NCBI GenBank assembly: GCA_044892525.1
Contig: CM097885.1
Span: 8,372,001 to 8,436,000 of the forward strand
Reading direction: 5' to 3'
Length of the DNA stretch: 64,000 nucleotides
Source: Schmidtea polychroa
Lineage: Eukaryota
Positions within the stretch are counted from its first letter, which is position 1. Each line of letters opens with the position of its first letter. This document shows, piece after piece, positions 42,496-53,963 of the stretch. The position numbers and the translations under genes are program-made. A model generated the notes under the pieces. The model ran no database searches and was not told the origin of the DNA. It saw only the letters and a list, made by a program, of their open reading frames with translations.

Positions 42496-43554
42496 CTACG
42501 AAATGAAACCCATGGAGTTGCTGATGTTTTTTCCGTCTTCTCTCAATATAGTATATTTCTCATAGACATTGTATCGATTTTCCATATTGCTGTGATCCAT
42601 TCTGAAATCCTGGCTGTTCTCGGTGTAATTTCTTGTTTCAGATTTTGAATCTTCTTCTTCTATGCACGCTTTTCTTTGATATCGGTGTGGAACATCTTTC
42701 CGTAACGAAAAACAATCTCGGAACTCGTGACCTTCCTTGCCACATATCAGGCATTTATTTCCCATTGGACACTCATACCTTCTGTGTCCCTTTTCGCCAC
42801 AGCAAAAACAATCACCTACCGTTAATTTTGGGACCGATGCTTGTGGTAGTCCTCTACTTTCGTTGTACAGCCTCCTTGCTATATTCTTCATGGATATTGT
42901 TGGCAGCTTCCTTTCTAAGCTATTTGGGATTCTCGCATTTCTTAAGAATTGTTCTCTTGGAGATTGTTCTCGACGACCATGGTTATTTCCTTCGTATTGT
43001 ATTGGTCCGCGTATAGGATGTTCATCTCTTCTTGATCTGTGGTGACTAAATGGGTCTTCTGATAGTCTTCTTTGTGGTGATGTAGGCATGGGATTTTGGG
43101 TATTCTTTTGAATTCTCATCTGCCCTCCCTCAGTCACGCTAGCGTATGTTATTTGACCGATTGCTTTAATAAATTCCATTTTATTGTTTCCATTTTTGTT
43201 ACTTTCAAATATTTTCGCCAATGATCTCGTTTCTTCAATTTTTGTTTCTGGTTTCGTCAATAGTATCTCCCTCAGTCTCGCATCGCGTGCTTTATTTGCG
43301 ATGAGGTCTTGAACAATATCTTCTTCTGATCGTCCTGAATTTACAACTTTAGCTAAAGCTTTCCTTAGTCGTATCTCAAAAGTTGCAAACCTTTCATCAT
43401 CTTCCTGTTCCATAGCTACCAATTCTCTGATTTTATCAGTTATTGATTTTGTAATTGTGAACGTATGTAAGAACCACGCTTTGGCTTTCGCATCTGTTGT
43501 TTCTGTTTCTCTGACGTTTCCCCACACTGTCTTTGCTTCTGCCACTAATAACAC
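42496..43554 (-). CDS. gag: Gypsy-type Gag with two CCHC zinc knuckles
   Basis: MEQEDDERFATFEIRL (major-homology-like), CFCCGEKGHRRYEC, CLICGKEGHEFRDC; lies directly upstream of the protease. Confidence 0.85.
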   Translation of the reverse strand: MLLVAEAKTVWGNVRETETTDAKAKAWFLHTFTITKSITDKIRELVAMEQEDDERFATFEIRLRKALAKVVNSGRSEEDIVQDLIANKARDARLREILLTKPETKIEETRSLAKIFESNKNGNNKMEFIKAIGQITYASVTEGGQMRIQKNTQNPMPTSPQRRLSEDPFSHHRSRRDEHPIRGPIQYEGNNHGRREQSPREQFLRNARIPNSLERKLPTISMKNIARRLYNESRGLPQASVPKLTVGDCFCCGEKGHRRYECPMGNKCLICGKEGHEFRDCFSLRKDVPHRYQRKACIEEEDSKSETRNYTENSQDFRMDHSNMENRYNVYEKYTILREDGKNISNSMGFIS

Positions 43555-43684
43555 ATCGAAAGTGCTAGTCGATCGCTGTCCATTTGTCAGCAGCCATTTT
43601 TCTATATAGTAGTATGTAGTAAGGACTCCAGCGCACTTTCAAGGTCATGGAATATCAAGATCAAATATAGACCAATCGAATCAT

Positions 43685-44262
43685 TTATTTTTTAAATTAA
43701 CATTTTATTTAATTACTTCTTTTTTAATTTTTCTTTTTAATTTTATTAATTAATTATTTTATGATGTTATATTTTAATTACTTACTTTATTTAATTTTTA
43801 ATTTATTACATTTAATTAATTTATTAGTTTATTAATATTTTATTTTAATTACTTACGCTTTATTATTATTTATTTTTATTTTTATTTTTTTTATTTTATT
43901 TTTTTTATTTTTTTATTTTTTTAATTAATTTATTTATATTTTAATTTAAATTTTATTTAATTACTTCTATTTATTTATTTTTTTTTCTTTTTAATTTTAT
44001 TAATTAATTATTTTATGATGTTATATTGCAATTACTTACTTTAGTTAATTTTTAATTTATTACATTTAATTAATTTATTAGTTTATTAATATTTTATTTT
44101 AATTACTTACGCTTTATTATTATTTTTTTTTATTTTTTTTTTAATTAATTAATTTATTTTTTAATTAAAATTTTATTTAATTACTTCTATTTATTTATTT
44201 ATTTTTTTTTCTTTAATTTTCTTAATTAATTATTTTATTATGTTTTTATTTTAGTATTATTT

Positions 44263-44307
<45 letters not shown>

Positions 44308-44320
44308 TTTTTTTTAATTT
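43685..44320. repeat. Extremely AT-rich tract of ~3 imperfect ~230-250-bp units
   Basis: ttaattaattattttatgatgttatatt...ttacttacttta recurs at ~43745, ~44000 and (degenerate) ~44222. Confidence 0.7.
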
Positions 44321-44620
44321 TACATTTACATTATATTCTAACAAGAGGTAAATTATAACAATAATATTTCAGTTTGAATAAAATTTTAATTAGAAATTAT
44401 TTAATTTATTATAAAATAAAACGCTGAGTTAATTTTGGATAAACCGGATATTAATTTTTCGGAAAAAATAAATAAAATAAACACAAAAATAATATTTCTT
44501 ACTTGAAACTAATTATCTAAATTAATTGGACAAATGAATAATTAAATGATAAAACACATTTTAATTAACTAAGTCAAATAATTCACAATATATATTTTAT
44601 TATTCACATAAATTTAATTG

Positions 44621-47511
44621 TTAAAGTGCTTGTTTCGATTTGCATTCATTTGTAGACGGAGCAGTTGCAATATGCATTTGACGAATCTTATAGTGACCGT
44701 AGGCATAGCTTTCATTAGAATTGAACCAATATCTTTTATCATCCAAACATTGGAGAGCTCGTTTTTCTGTAATGAAAGTATACAACTGATGATTAACACT
44801 TCCTATTCTCTTTTGTTGGATGCTCACTGTTCCACCATCAGTATACACTTTTTTATAAGCTTCATGGGTGATATTAGAATTTGTAAGACTTATTCCTTTG
44901 GCTTTTAGAGTGTTTTTATCGCCTTGGAGTGAGTAGCATTTGGGTCGAAGAAACACCCATTCTTTATATTGATTTCCTTTATTCTCATCCTTAACTTTCC
45001 CGATTACCGAACAAATTTTATCTGAGAACAACGGATCAGTCACTGGATAATTTGAAGTATCTAGGAGCCCATCTTCAATCATTTTTGGATATAGTTGTAA
45101 GCGTAAATCAACATTTTTACACTCTAAAAAGAAGGAATCTGTGTCACCGGCTACGATATTAATTTGACAATTGAATTCTTCTCTATAACTCTGTAGTTCT
45201 TTATATTGAAACTGGTACATGCGAAGTTTGGATAAATCAAGTACGGTTTGTCCAATATACATTGGTCTATCTAAACACAGAATTTCCATATTGAGTATAA
45301 CAGCAATGAGATCATCCGCAATCTTAATGCTACGAGGAAACATAGGATGACTACAATAAGTTATCAATCTTTTGCTTTTGTTGCATAATCTCAAATTTAT
45401 ACGTTTCTTCAAGTTTTCCACAGTTTTACCGTATAAACTGTTGTTCTTTAACTTATAATAATCTCGCTGAAACGAATCCGTACTAGCTGCTCTCATTTTG
45501 GTATTGTAATCAATATAGCCTTTGAAAATAGCTACTTGCTTGAATTCTACAGCACGATTAACTTTTGTGACTTTTGCGCCGTAACTCAACCACTCTGTCA
45601 AAATTCTACCATTAACTACATAGTTTTTCTTAGGCTCATGAGTTAACAACAGCTTTTCAACTTTACTACCAGGCGGATAACAAAGCTCAGGAGCTATAGG
45701 TAAATCATCTAGATTATCTTGTATACTATCAGGAATGACGATGTCAACCTCTAGAACATATCCACGATCTCCATCAAACTCATCCCCATTTGTACATCTT
45801 TCAACAATACCATTCATTTCAGTCTGATCATTTATCCATCTAAATTCACCAACAGGAAGTTTTTGCGACAGCGCCCATCCATATAAATTATTAACATCTA
45901 GGTATGACATTTGTGTTGATTCATCAGCTTCAACATGATGTTTGTTGATAAATGTCATTCCACCACGAATACCAGTTTCAAATAAACGGTAAAGCTCTGG
46001 ATCTTGAATAAGTTCTACCGGTTCAGGTAACTGTTTAATAGCTGATGCCCAACTTAATCCGGGTATGGAAACAAACGATAGAGCCTCAAGTCCATCTTCG
46101 TCAAATGTTTTTTCTCTGAAAGCTTCAAAAACATCGGCCAACAGAAAAACATCCAGCTTGAGATATATTAGCATGTAATCTAGCAGTGTCTCACAGTTGT
46201 ATTGTCGCCAGATTCGATTTGCATGTATATAATCTTCTTCACTAACTCCCTCCCAAATCGGTGGTAATTCTGTTATTGACTGTAAAACATCCATTGATGT
46301 AGCCATATCATAAGGAAAAATGGTTTTACAAGTCATCATCTGTGATTCGAAAACATCTGAGGTCAGTGGAAGACATGGTAAATTTTTTGATAAATTTGCC
46401 AAGCTGCTATTTAAAAATTGTAAAGAATCAATGAATCTAATTCTTCTGCCTTTCGATGTCGCTGTAAGTGTGAGAAACTTTTCTGTTGATTGAGGAATAA
46501 CATTTAAATTCCAATCGGGGAATTTTCCAATTGCATATTTTAATATATGATGAATGTCATATCCACGAAGATTATGAAATACAACAGGTAAAGACGGATT
46601 GATTCTTCTAGCCAAGTTGCAATCTTGACACGCTGCTCCGAGATATTGACCAGTAAAATGATCATGATCTCGAACAGGTATATTGATAATCTTTTTACAA
46701 AGGTAGCAATGAGTTTGATTCGTAAATTCTTCCTGCTGTTCCCAAGTGAGTTCCATCATTTCCTTTGATCCATTAATTTTATACCACGGATAAACTATGT
46801 CTGTAGCTATATCATCCAATGCTTGTATGAACTGAATGATACAGTTTTTCCCAACAAATGTTTCATTTCGGATCGGACAACCTTGATGAAGAAGCACAAA
46901 TTCAGATGCAATCGGCTCATGTTTTTGGAAGTGTTTGTCATCTAGAGGTAATATCGATTCAAAGTCCGCGTAGACAACAAACTGCTGTTTTATAGTTTTA
47001 CTCCAGTCTTTAAATTCGATATATTTATTCTCTGGCATTGAGTATAGAGTCGTCCGCTCCACATTCTTCCTACAAAGACCTATATGTCTTTCAAAAGCAG
47101 GACGTTTTTGAAACCCATGAAGACATGTATGACACCAATGTGATTGGATTCTGACTCCTTCTACTCTATCTATGTAATTGAGCAGTCGATCGAGATTAGT
47201 TACAGCCAAAAAATGATAATTTAATTCTAAAATTTAGTTAATATTTTTAATGATTAAAGGAAATATTACCTTCTTCAATCAATAAGAGATATATCTGAGA
47301 TCCCGTCGAAGTACTTCTATATACCAAGTCAACGAACGGATTCTTGAAAATATCATTAGTTTTTTGTTTAATTGGATCTTTATTATATTTGAGAACATTG
47401 ATCGCTAGATTTGGATTCATTGCTTCGAATTGGCAAATGTTAACCAACTTCATCGGAAACCATTCAAATTTCCATTTTAAGTCTTAAAAACAAAATTCAA
47501 TGATATATGAC

Positions 47512-47566
<55 letters not shown>

Positions 47567-47815
47567 CCACTTAAGTTATATTTTGTTGTTCTTTCTCTAT
47601 CCCGACGTATGTCATCATAACGCAATACGGCCAATATGCTATATAAAAAGCAGAATTGATCATTATTTTGAACATTAACTAAAGCCTGGCAGTTTTTCAG
47701 GTAATTTGGCGTTTTAATGTAACTTGAACCTAAGTAAATATCTTGATTTATATATAATAATGTAAATAAACTTACCAGATACATGTATTATGTCTGATAA
47801 TTTAGTTAAAATCAT
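44621..47815 (-). CDS. polB: Protein-primed family B DNA polymerase (Polinton/Maverick type, with endonuclease VII-like insert), intron-containing; complement(join(44621-47226,47270-47482,47568-47729,47776-~47815)); 5' end uncertain or truncated
   Basis: Exo I VYADFES, CYLC...VRDHDHFTGQYLGAACQDCNL, Exo II FHNLRGYD, Exo III YLKLDV, IRGG, motif A YLDVNNLYGWAL, motif B KLKNNSLYGKT, motif C GDTDS, RPKCY, KAKGI. Upstream exons give GSSYIKTP...VNVQNNDQFCFLYSILA and FPMKL...FEAMNP.LAINV. Three phase-1 GT-AG introns restore one frame. Confidence 0.9.
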
Positions 47816-47862
47816 AGTAACTTCTAATATATAACTTCTAATATAAATCACTGTGAAGTTTT

Positions 47863-48141
47863 ATGTATCTTATTAATTTAATGTTGAAGTTAATGGAAAA
47901 TATGCGCAAGGATCGCGAGCAGGCTCATCAAAAAATGGAGCAACTTTGGGCCAGAGTAGTCAAATTCAAGAGGCGGTGCCTAGAGTTGGAGAACCCCGAA
48001 GAGATGAACAAGCGATTGAAGTTGATTGAACAGCTTCAATTGCAGAACGCGCAGGACAGAACTGAAATTCACGCCCTGAAAATCCAGTTTCGGGCATTAG
48101 TGAACCAGCTGATTCAAAAGGCCATCGAAGGACATGACTGA
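47863..48141 (+). CDS. Short coiled-coil ORF in a GC-richer patch, probably a retroelement fragment
   Basis: 92-aa ORF rich in E/Q/K/L heptads. Downstream 48300-49450 has faint decayed integrase-like words (HLEFIGPI ~49280). Confidence 0.3.
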   Translation: MYLINLMLKLMENMRKDREQAHQKMEQLWARVVKFKRRCLELENPEEMNKRLKLIEQLQLQNAQDRTEIHALKIQFRALVNQLIQKAIEGHD

Positions 48142-50011
48142 ACATATCCGGCTGTTGCCAACGGAGCTGGCCGAGATTTATCCCCGGCCCAGCCGCATAA
48201 GCCAGGACGAAGGCGCCAAGGACGAGATGGTCGGGAGCGGATGAAAAGACTCCACTTAGCTTGGAAAGCCCAGCAGAATGTGCCCGATCAAGTCAGGTAG
48301 ATCAATGAATTTTTGTAGATATTCTTTTATCGTAAAAATATAATTGTCGTGCAAATGTTAAATACAATGAGCGTATGTGTATATGATTATAGTTGCTTGA
48401 CGAATGAGGTAAATGAATCATGACATTTAGGAACATAATCTAAGAGGGGACCAGTGTAAATAGGATATAGGCCTTCTAACGGCAGTCTGTGAACCCAAAC
48501 GAGTGGCCGATGATTACAGTACGATTACAGTACGGACCTTTTTGATATAGTACCAACATTGATCATCCAATGGGTATCAAGCGGTGAAGTAAGCTTTTGT
48601 ATTCTGGGTTACCCTGGAGACAGCACGAAGAGGTAAAATGTTTGCTTACCTGTAACCCATCAAAATATAGAATATGAAAATGGCAAAATTCATCATGGCC
48701 GCCGAAAACTAGTTAAAGTTAAGTAAAATATAAAAATTACCGTAAAAATTAAAAGAAATGAGTATTATATTAAAACAATATAAGACTTTTATCATATTAA
48801 AAGCTATTAAATATTCTAGAAAATGACCAACGACAAAACTAATTCAACATTTAAACCACACTACTTTTTAAGTTATATGACACTAAGAGCTGTTTCCCTA
48901 ATCTCCAATGGCTATGGTTAGTGAACATCTAACATACTATCGACCTAATATTCTGACAAATTACAATGAGAAATTAGATCGTTACAAGAAATTTAGAATC
49001 TAGAAACCGTGTAAATCAAGCGAATAGTACCAACTAAAGTCAGATCATTATGCAAGAAATAAATGGCAAATTTTGGAAGCTGACATTGAACGACATCATT
49101 ATCATAAAATTTTTAAACTCATAAACAAGGAAATAAAGGTGAACTCTGTATAAAGTTTTCAAAGCATAGTATAAGATCAAGTAATGAGAGAACTTTCCAG
49201 AAACTGACCATCATAAATTCACTGGTTACCATTTCCGCCGAACGAGATAAATAATAATTATCATGCCTTAGATTTATGCATCTCGAATTTATTGGACCTA
49301 TACATTTAGAACCTTAATAACAAATCCACAAATAAAACAGTTACCTTGATTATGTAATTTCTTATTTTAAAAAATGGCATCCAGACGAACCATGTTTTAT
49401 CTCATTTAACCTGTACATACCGTGTAAAGTATTGCCAACTATGGGAAACTTTTTAATATACTACTGTGCGACTGGGGATCCTCTTCTTCTTCTTTTCTAT
49501 ACTCATTCCTTCTCCAAACCATCCTCCCTTTCAATAATTGTTATTTGTTAAATTTATGTTAATTAAAATGTCAAAATATGGGTAGAAAAATAAAAATGGT
49601 AAACGACGTGACGGACGGGCTAGGGCCCCGTGAAAATATCTCGGGGGTCCGGGCCCAGGGAATTCTATCCCTCTCCTCTTGACGCCAACAGGATAAAATA
49701 TTTTTTGAAATTATTGAAATTTTTCTTTTGTTGTAAAATTTATATACTATAAACACTAGCTATTATTTTAAAATTTATGAAAATATAAATATTTATGTTG
49801 CATTATAAATTTCATCTTTATAACACAAAGATGAAAGAAGAAAATTAATTTTTTAAAAAACAATTTTTTTACCATCTAAATTAACCCAACTTTGAAAGTC
49901 ATTTTTTTTATGAATTCAACTTTTTATTTTTCATTTAATCTTAATAAAAATTAGATTTGTTTAAATAATATATTTTTTTCAATTTTTAGATAATCTTTAA
50001 ATTTTATTACT

Positions 50012-51058
50012 ATGGAATGCAAATCTTGCAGGAGTAAAAATGTCGTCGAAAATGATAATAACGCAGAAATTGTTTGTGAAGATTGTGGATGGTTTTGTGA
50101 AATTGATAATTTTAAAGGCGACACTGAATTTCATGAAACATCTGTTGGTAATAAAGTTCCCATTGGATGCTTAATTATGAATGGGTTCCCTAATGCAAAA
50201 AAATTTACAATAAATAAAGGTTAATTTGAATGAAATTTATATTAAATTGAATAAACTCATAGCAAAGGACAAAATTAATGTGTTATGTAATAAATTGTTT
50301 CTTGAGCCATATGTCGCTGCATTTGCTTTAGAGATATATAAATCAGCTTTTATGAGGGGTCTGACCAAAGGGCGTCCGGCTTTAATCGTAGCTGGAGCTT
50401 GTCTGTATTTGGCGTCACGTTTAAAACGTCAATCAATTATGTTGTTAGATATAAGTGATAAGATTAACGTAAATGTTTACGAACTCGGTAAAACATATAT
50501 TGTGATCAAAGAAAGTTTCGGTCAGAAAGTGCAAGACATTGATCCTTGCTTGTTTATTGATCGATTTTCAGCTAAAATGGAATTAGATGATAAAACTGCA
50601 CTAGTATCAATGACAGCGTTAAAATTACTGCAACGAATGAAAAAAGATTGGATCAGCACAGGTCGGCGCCCGTCTTCAGTTACGGCAGCTGCACTATTAA
50701 TATCTGCAAGAATTCACGGATTCGATAGAAATTACGAAGATGTTTCTAAAATTGGTAAAGATTAATATTCACAGAAAGCCTCATTTTTGTAATTTCCAGC
50801 TGGTGTAAGCGAAATAACCTGCCGAAAACGATTAGAAGAATGGTCGAAAACTCCTACAGCTAATTTAACGCTCTCAGAATTTCACACTATTGACTTTGAA
50901 GAGGAATTTGATCCGCCTGCTTTCACAGCTCAAAATGTCAAAGCTAAAATTTCAGTTCCAGAAATGAGCGAAAAACAAATATCACGAATCAAAGAAGATA
51001 TTATGGAAATGAAGAATAGAATTGAAGAGACCAATCAAAACGATAATATCAAAGAAGA
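50012..51058 (+). CDS. BRF1: Second BRF1 copy, exons 1-3 only within the window; join(50012-50219,50263-50754,50800-51058)
   Basis: Same exon structure and near-identical sequence to 3413-4456, plus a homologous ~300-bp upstream region. After the intron 3 donor (gtgggt, 51059) no exon 4-6 match is visible. Confidence 0.88.
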
Positions 51059-52501
51059 GTGGGTTTTGATTAATTATTATAATTTAATTACGTAAGATGA
51101 TGAAATATGTATAATTTATATTTTTTCTTTTTTATATAATCTACTTACAATTTATCATCAGCAAATTTGAATAATTTATACATTATTACCTGAAATTTAT
51201 TTTTTATATTACTAATCTACTTTTATCAAATTAAGAAAACTTGAAATTATTTTTATAATCTATATTAGCAATAACATATATGAAGTCTACTTATAAATTA
51301 GTCAGTAATCGTTATCGGACCTTGTATGAAGTTAAACATTTTTCATTGATTTTTCTGTCTTGATAATCGAATTGAAATGTCAGTAGATAAAAATATTTTA
51401 ACTCTAGTCCAATAGGATTACGCAATTACATTTAAAATACACGATTACATCACAAATTAATTTTTTTATATTAATTTTTGATACTGAATCAAATGCTCTA
51501 TATTACGTAATCATAAATTTGGAATTTATTTTTAGGCCACCATTTTTTGAATTTTCAAATAATTTTAAAGAACTTGTAGACGTGTGGACTCCAGCTCAAC
51601 AGGAATCCTAGAATCTCACAATTTTTTTAAATTTAGTTTTAATAAGTGATTACATAATATTTTATTTTAATCAACAATTACATAATAACTTAATTTTTGT
51701 TTTAATCATCGAGTACGATGAATTCATAATAATTTAATTTTCGTTTAAATTATATATTATGCAATAATTTAGGTTTTGTTCTAATCGTCAATTACATAAT
51801 ATTATTTTTTATTAAAATATACGATTACGTCATTATTTTTTTCCAATAACTTCAAAGACTCTATTACTTGAAATTAAATCGATATGTACAGTATTCTTTA
51901 ACAATATTAAAATTACACAACATTACATAATATCACACAATATTACATAATATTATTTTCATTAAAATCTACGATTACGTCATTAATTTTACCCAATAAT
52001 TTCAAAGACTCTATTGTTTTAATGTATTATTTTATTTTTTAATCGTCAATTGGTTAATATTTTATTTTTCTTGCCCCTTATTTTTGCCATCCTGTGAATG
52101 CTGCTGTGTGAGTTGTACTACTGAAAATGACAATAATATTTATTGATGAAATTAATAATTAATTATTCATTTTCTCGACAACTACAACTCAGATCGATCT
52201 GAAAATTTAAATATATACTGAATCAGATTCCGTTGAAAAAAAATATCGAAAAAAATTGACCAAAATCGAAAATTGAACCGGTAAAATTGAACCGGCCTAA
52301 AAAATTGAAGTGGTTTATGGCGCGTTTAAAAAGTCTCCAAAAAGACTCAATTGCTTGATATTAAATCATATTTAATGAGTCTATGATATAAACAAAATTT
52401 TTTGAAATTTCATTTTTGAATTTACACATCATTTTGAAATATTTCCACTCAAACAATATATGGATAGAATTTAATTCTCTACAAAATGACATCATTATTT
52501 A

Positions 52502-53372
52502 TGTTGGGGTTCAATAAAAGAGATACAAAATTGAGGTGAAAATCAATGAAAACATCAAATTCATAATAATAAATGTAAAATACAAAGATATTAATTAAAA
52601 TAATCAAAAAAACAAAATTGAATAATTTCGGGGGAAACTGGTATGGGCGGATGCCAAATTATGAGACGAGTTCAGATATAATAAAATCAAATCAATGGGG
52701 GGGTCCCTAGAAAGAATAAATCACAAAAAACAAAAATTAATTAACTAATTGGAAGCCCGAGCTAATGGGAAACCCGAGCTAATGGAGAACCCGAGCTAAT
52801 GGGAAACCCGAGCTAATGGAGAACCCGAGCTAATGGGAAACCCGAGATAATGGAAAGCCCTAGCGTCATGGTAGAGCCTAAATGGTAGATCAAAGGGGAA
52901 ATTAGATCGGTCGACGAAAATTAAATTAGGACAATGAGAGAAAGAGATAGGAGGAAGCCCGGGAAATTTGATACGAAGGGCTTGATGAATTAAAATCAAT
53001 TGACGGGTCAAGTATAAAAGGAACCAGCAAAGAAACATAATTGCCAGTGGTCGAAGAAAAGAAAATAGAAGTTTGACGAGAGCGAAAAAGGAAATATTAA
53101 AGTTAGTAGAAATTAAAACATTTAGAAATCGAAGGTACCCGAAAGGGACATCTCCCGTTGAAAGATCTACCCCTGCGTGAGATTTGTTGGCAAATTGAAA
53201 AGTGCAGACAAAACCTGATTGTATCAAGTGTGAGTAAACTAATACAAGTGTAAAAGTGTAACTGCATCAGTGTCAATAAAGAATTTGTGTTGGGTTATTT
53301 ATTTATTTATTTATTTGGAAAAGAACACAAAGGAGTCAGACCGTAGTACCGACTTGCATTAAAAACCCAACA
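52502..53372 (+). repeat. 5' LTR (871 bp) with an internal 17-bp tandem array (gagctaatgggaaaccc), a TATA-like gtataaaag and aataaa
   Basis: Direct repeat of 59781-60644 with scattered substitutions and indels. Confidence 0.93.
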
Positions 53373-53376
53373 TATT

Positions 53377-53394
53377 TGGTGAGCCCGACGTGAT
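53377..53394 (+). promoter_or_regulatory. Primer-binding site, tRNA-Trp type
   Basis: TGGTGAGCCCGACGTGAT 4 nt after the LTR; one mismatch to the avian retroviral tRNA-Trp PBS TGGTGACCCCGACGTGAT. Confidence 0.85.
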
Positions 53395-53710
53395 CAAAAG
53401 TCGGTGAAGATTTGTTGAAATTGTGAAAGTATTTGACTATAATATCGAATAATACAGACGTGATCTGAAGTCGGTGAAAATTTGTTGAAATTGTGAAAGT
53501 ATTTGACTATAATATCGAATAATACAGACGTGATCTGAAGTCGGTGAAAATTTGTTGAAATTGTGAAAGTATTTGACTATAATATCGAACAATACAGAAG
53601 TGATCCAAAATCGGTAAAAATTCGTTTAAAGTGTGAAAATATTTGATTGAAATATCGAATAATACTGACGTGATAAAAAGTTGATAAAAATTTGTTGAGA
53701 TTGGGAAAGT
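53387..53710 (+). repeat. 70-bp tandem repeat (~4.5 copies) in the 5' leader
   Basis: gacgtgat...gtcggtgaaaatttgttgaaattgtgaaagtatttgactataatatcgaataataca starts at 53387, 53457, 53527, 53597 and 53667. Confidence 0.85.
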
Positions 53711-53963
53711 ATTGTAAATTGATAAAAGGTAAAAATACATATATTAAAGTGAAAAATTTGATTTAAGAGTGGTGAATATTTTTGGAAAATTATTAAATTG
53801 GTGACTAGTGAAAATAATAATTGTGGATATTGATTATTGAAAAGTCAAAATTAAAACGAAAGGTAAATTTTGTAATTGTAATACTTTAAATTTTAGACGA
53901 GTAAAACCTGTGTTAACCAGATCATTTTATAAATTGAGAAGCCAAAAACTAGTAGAGAATATA

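Noticed and set aside
49600..49690. GC-rich patch with gggcccc/gggccc motifs upstream of BRF1 copy 2
   Set aside because: Possibly a MITE remnant, but no convincing TIR pair or TSD could be defined.
52796..53227. 143-aa antisense ORF in both LTRs (also 60068-60499)
   Set aside because: Antisense to purine-rich LTR sequence, TTG start, no recognisable motif; duplicated only because the LTRs are.
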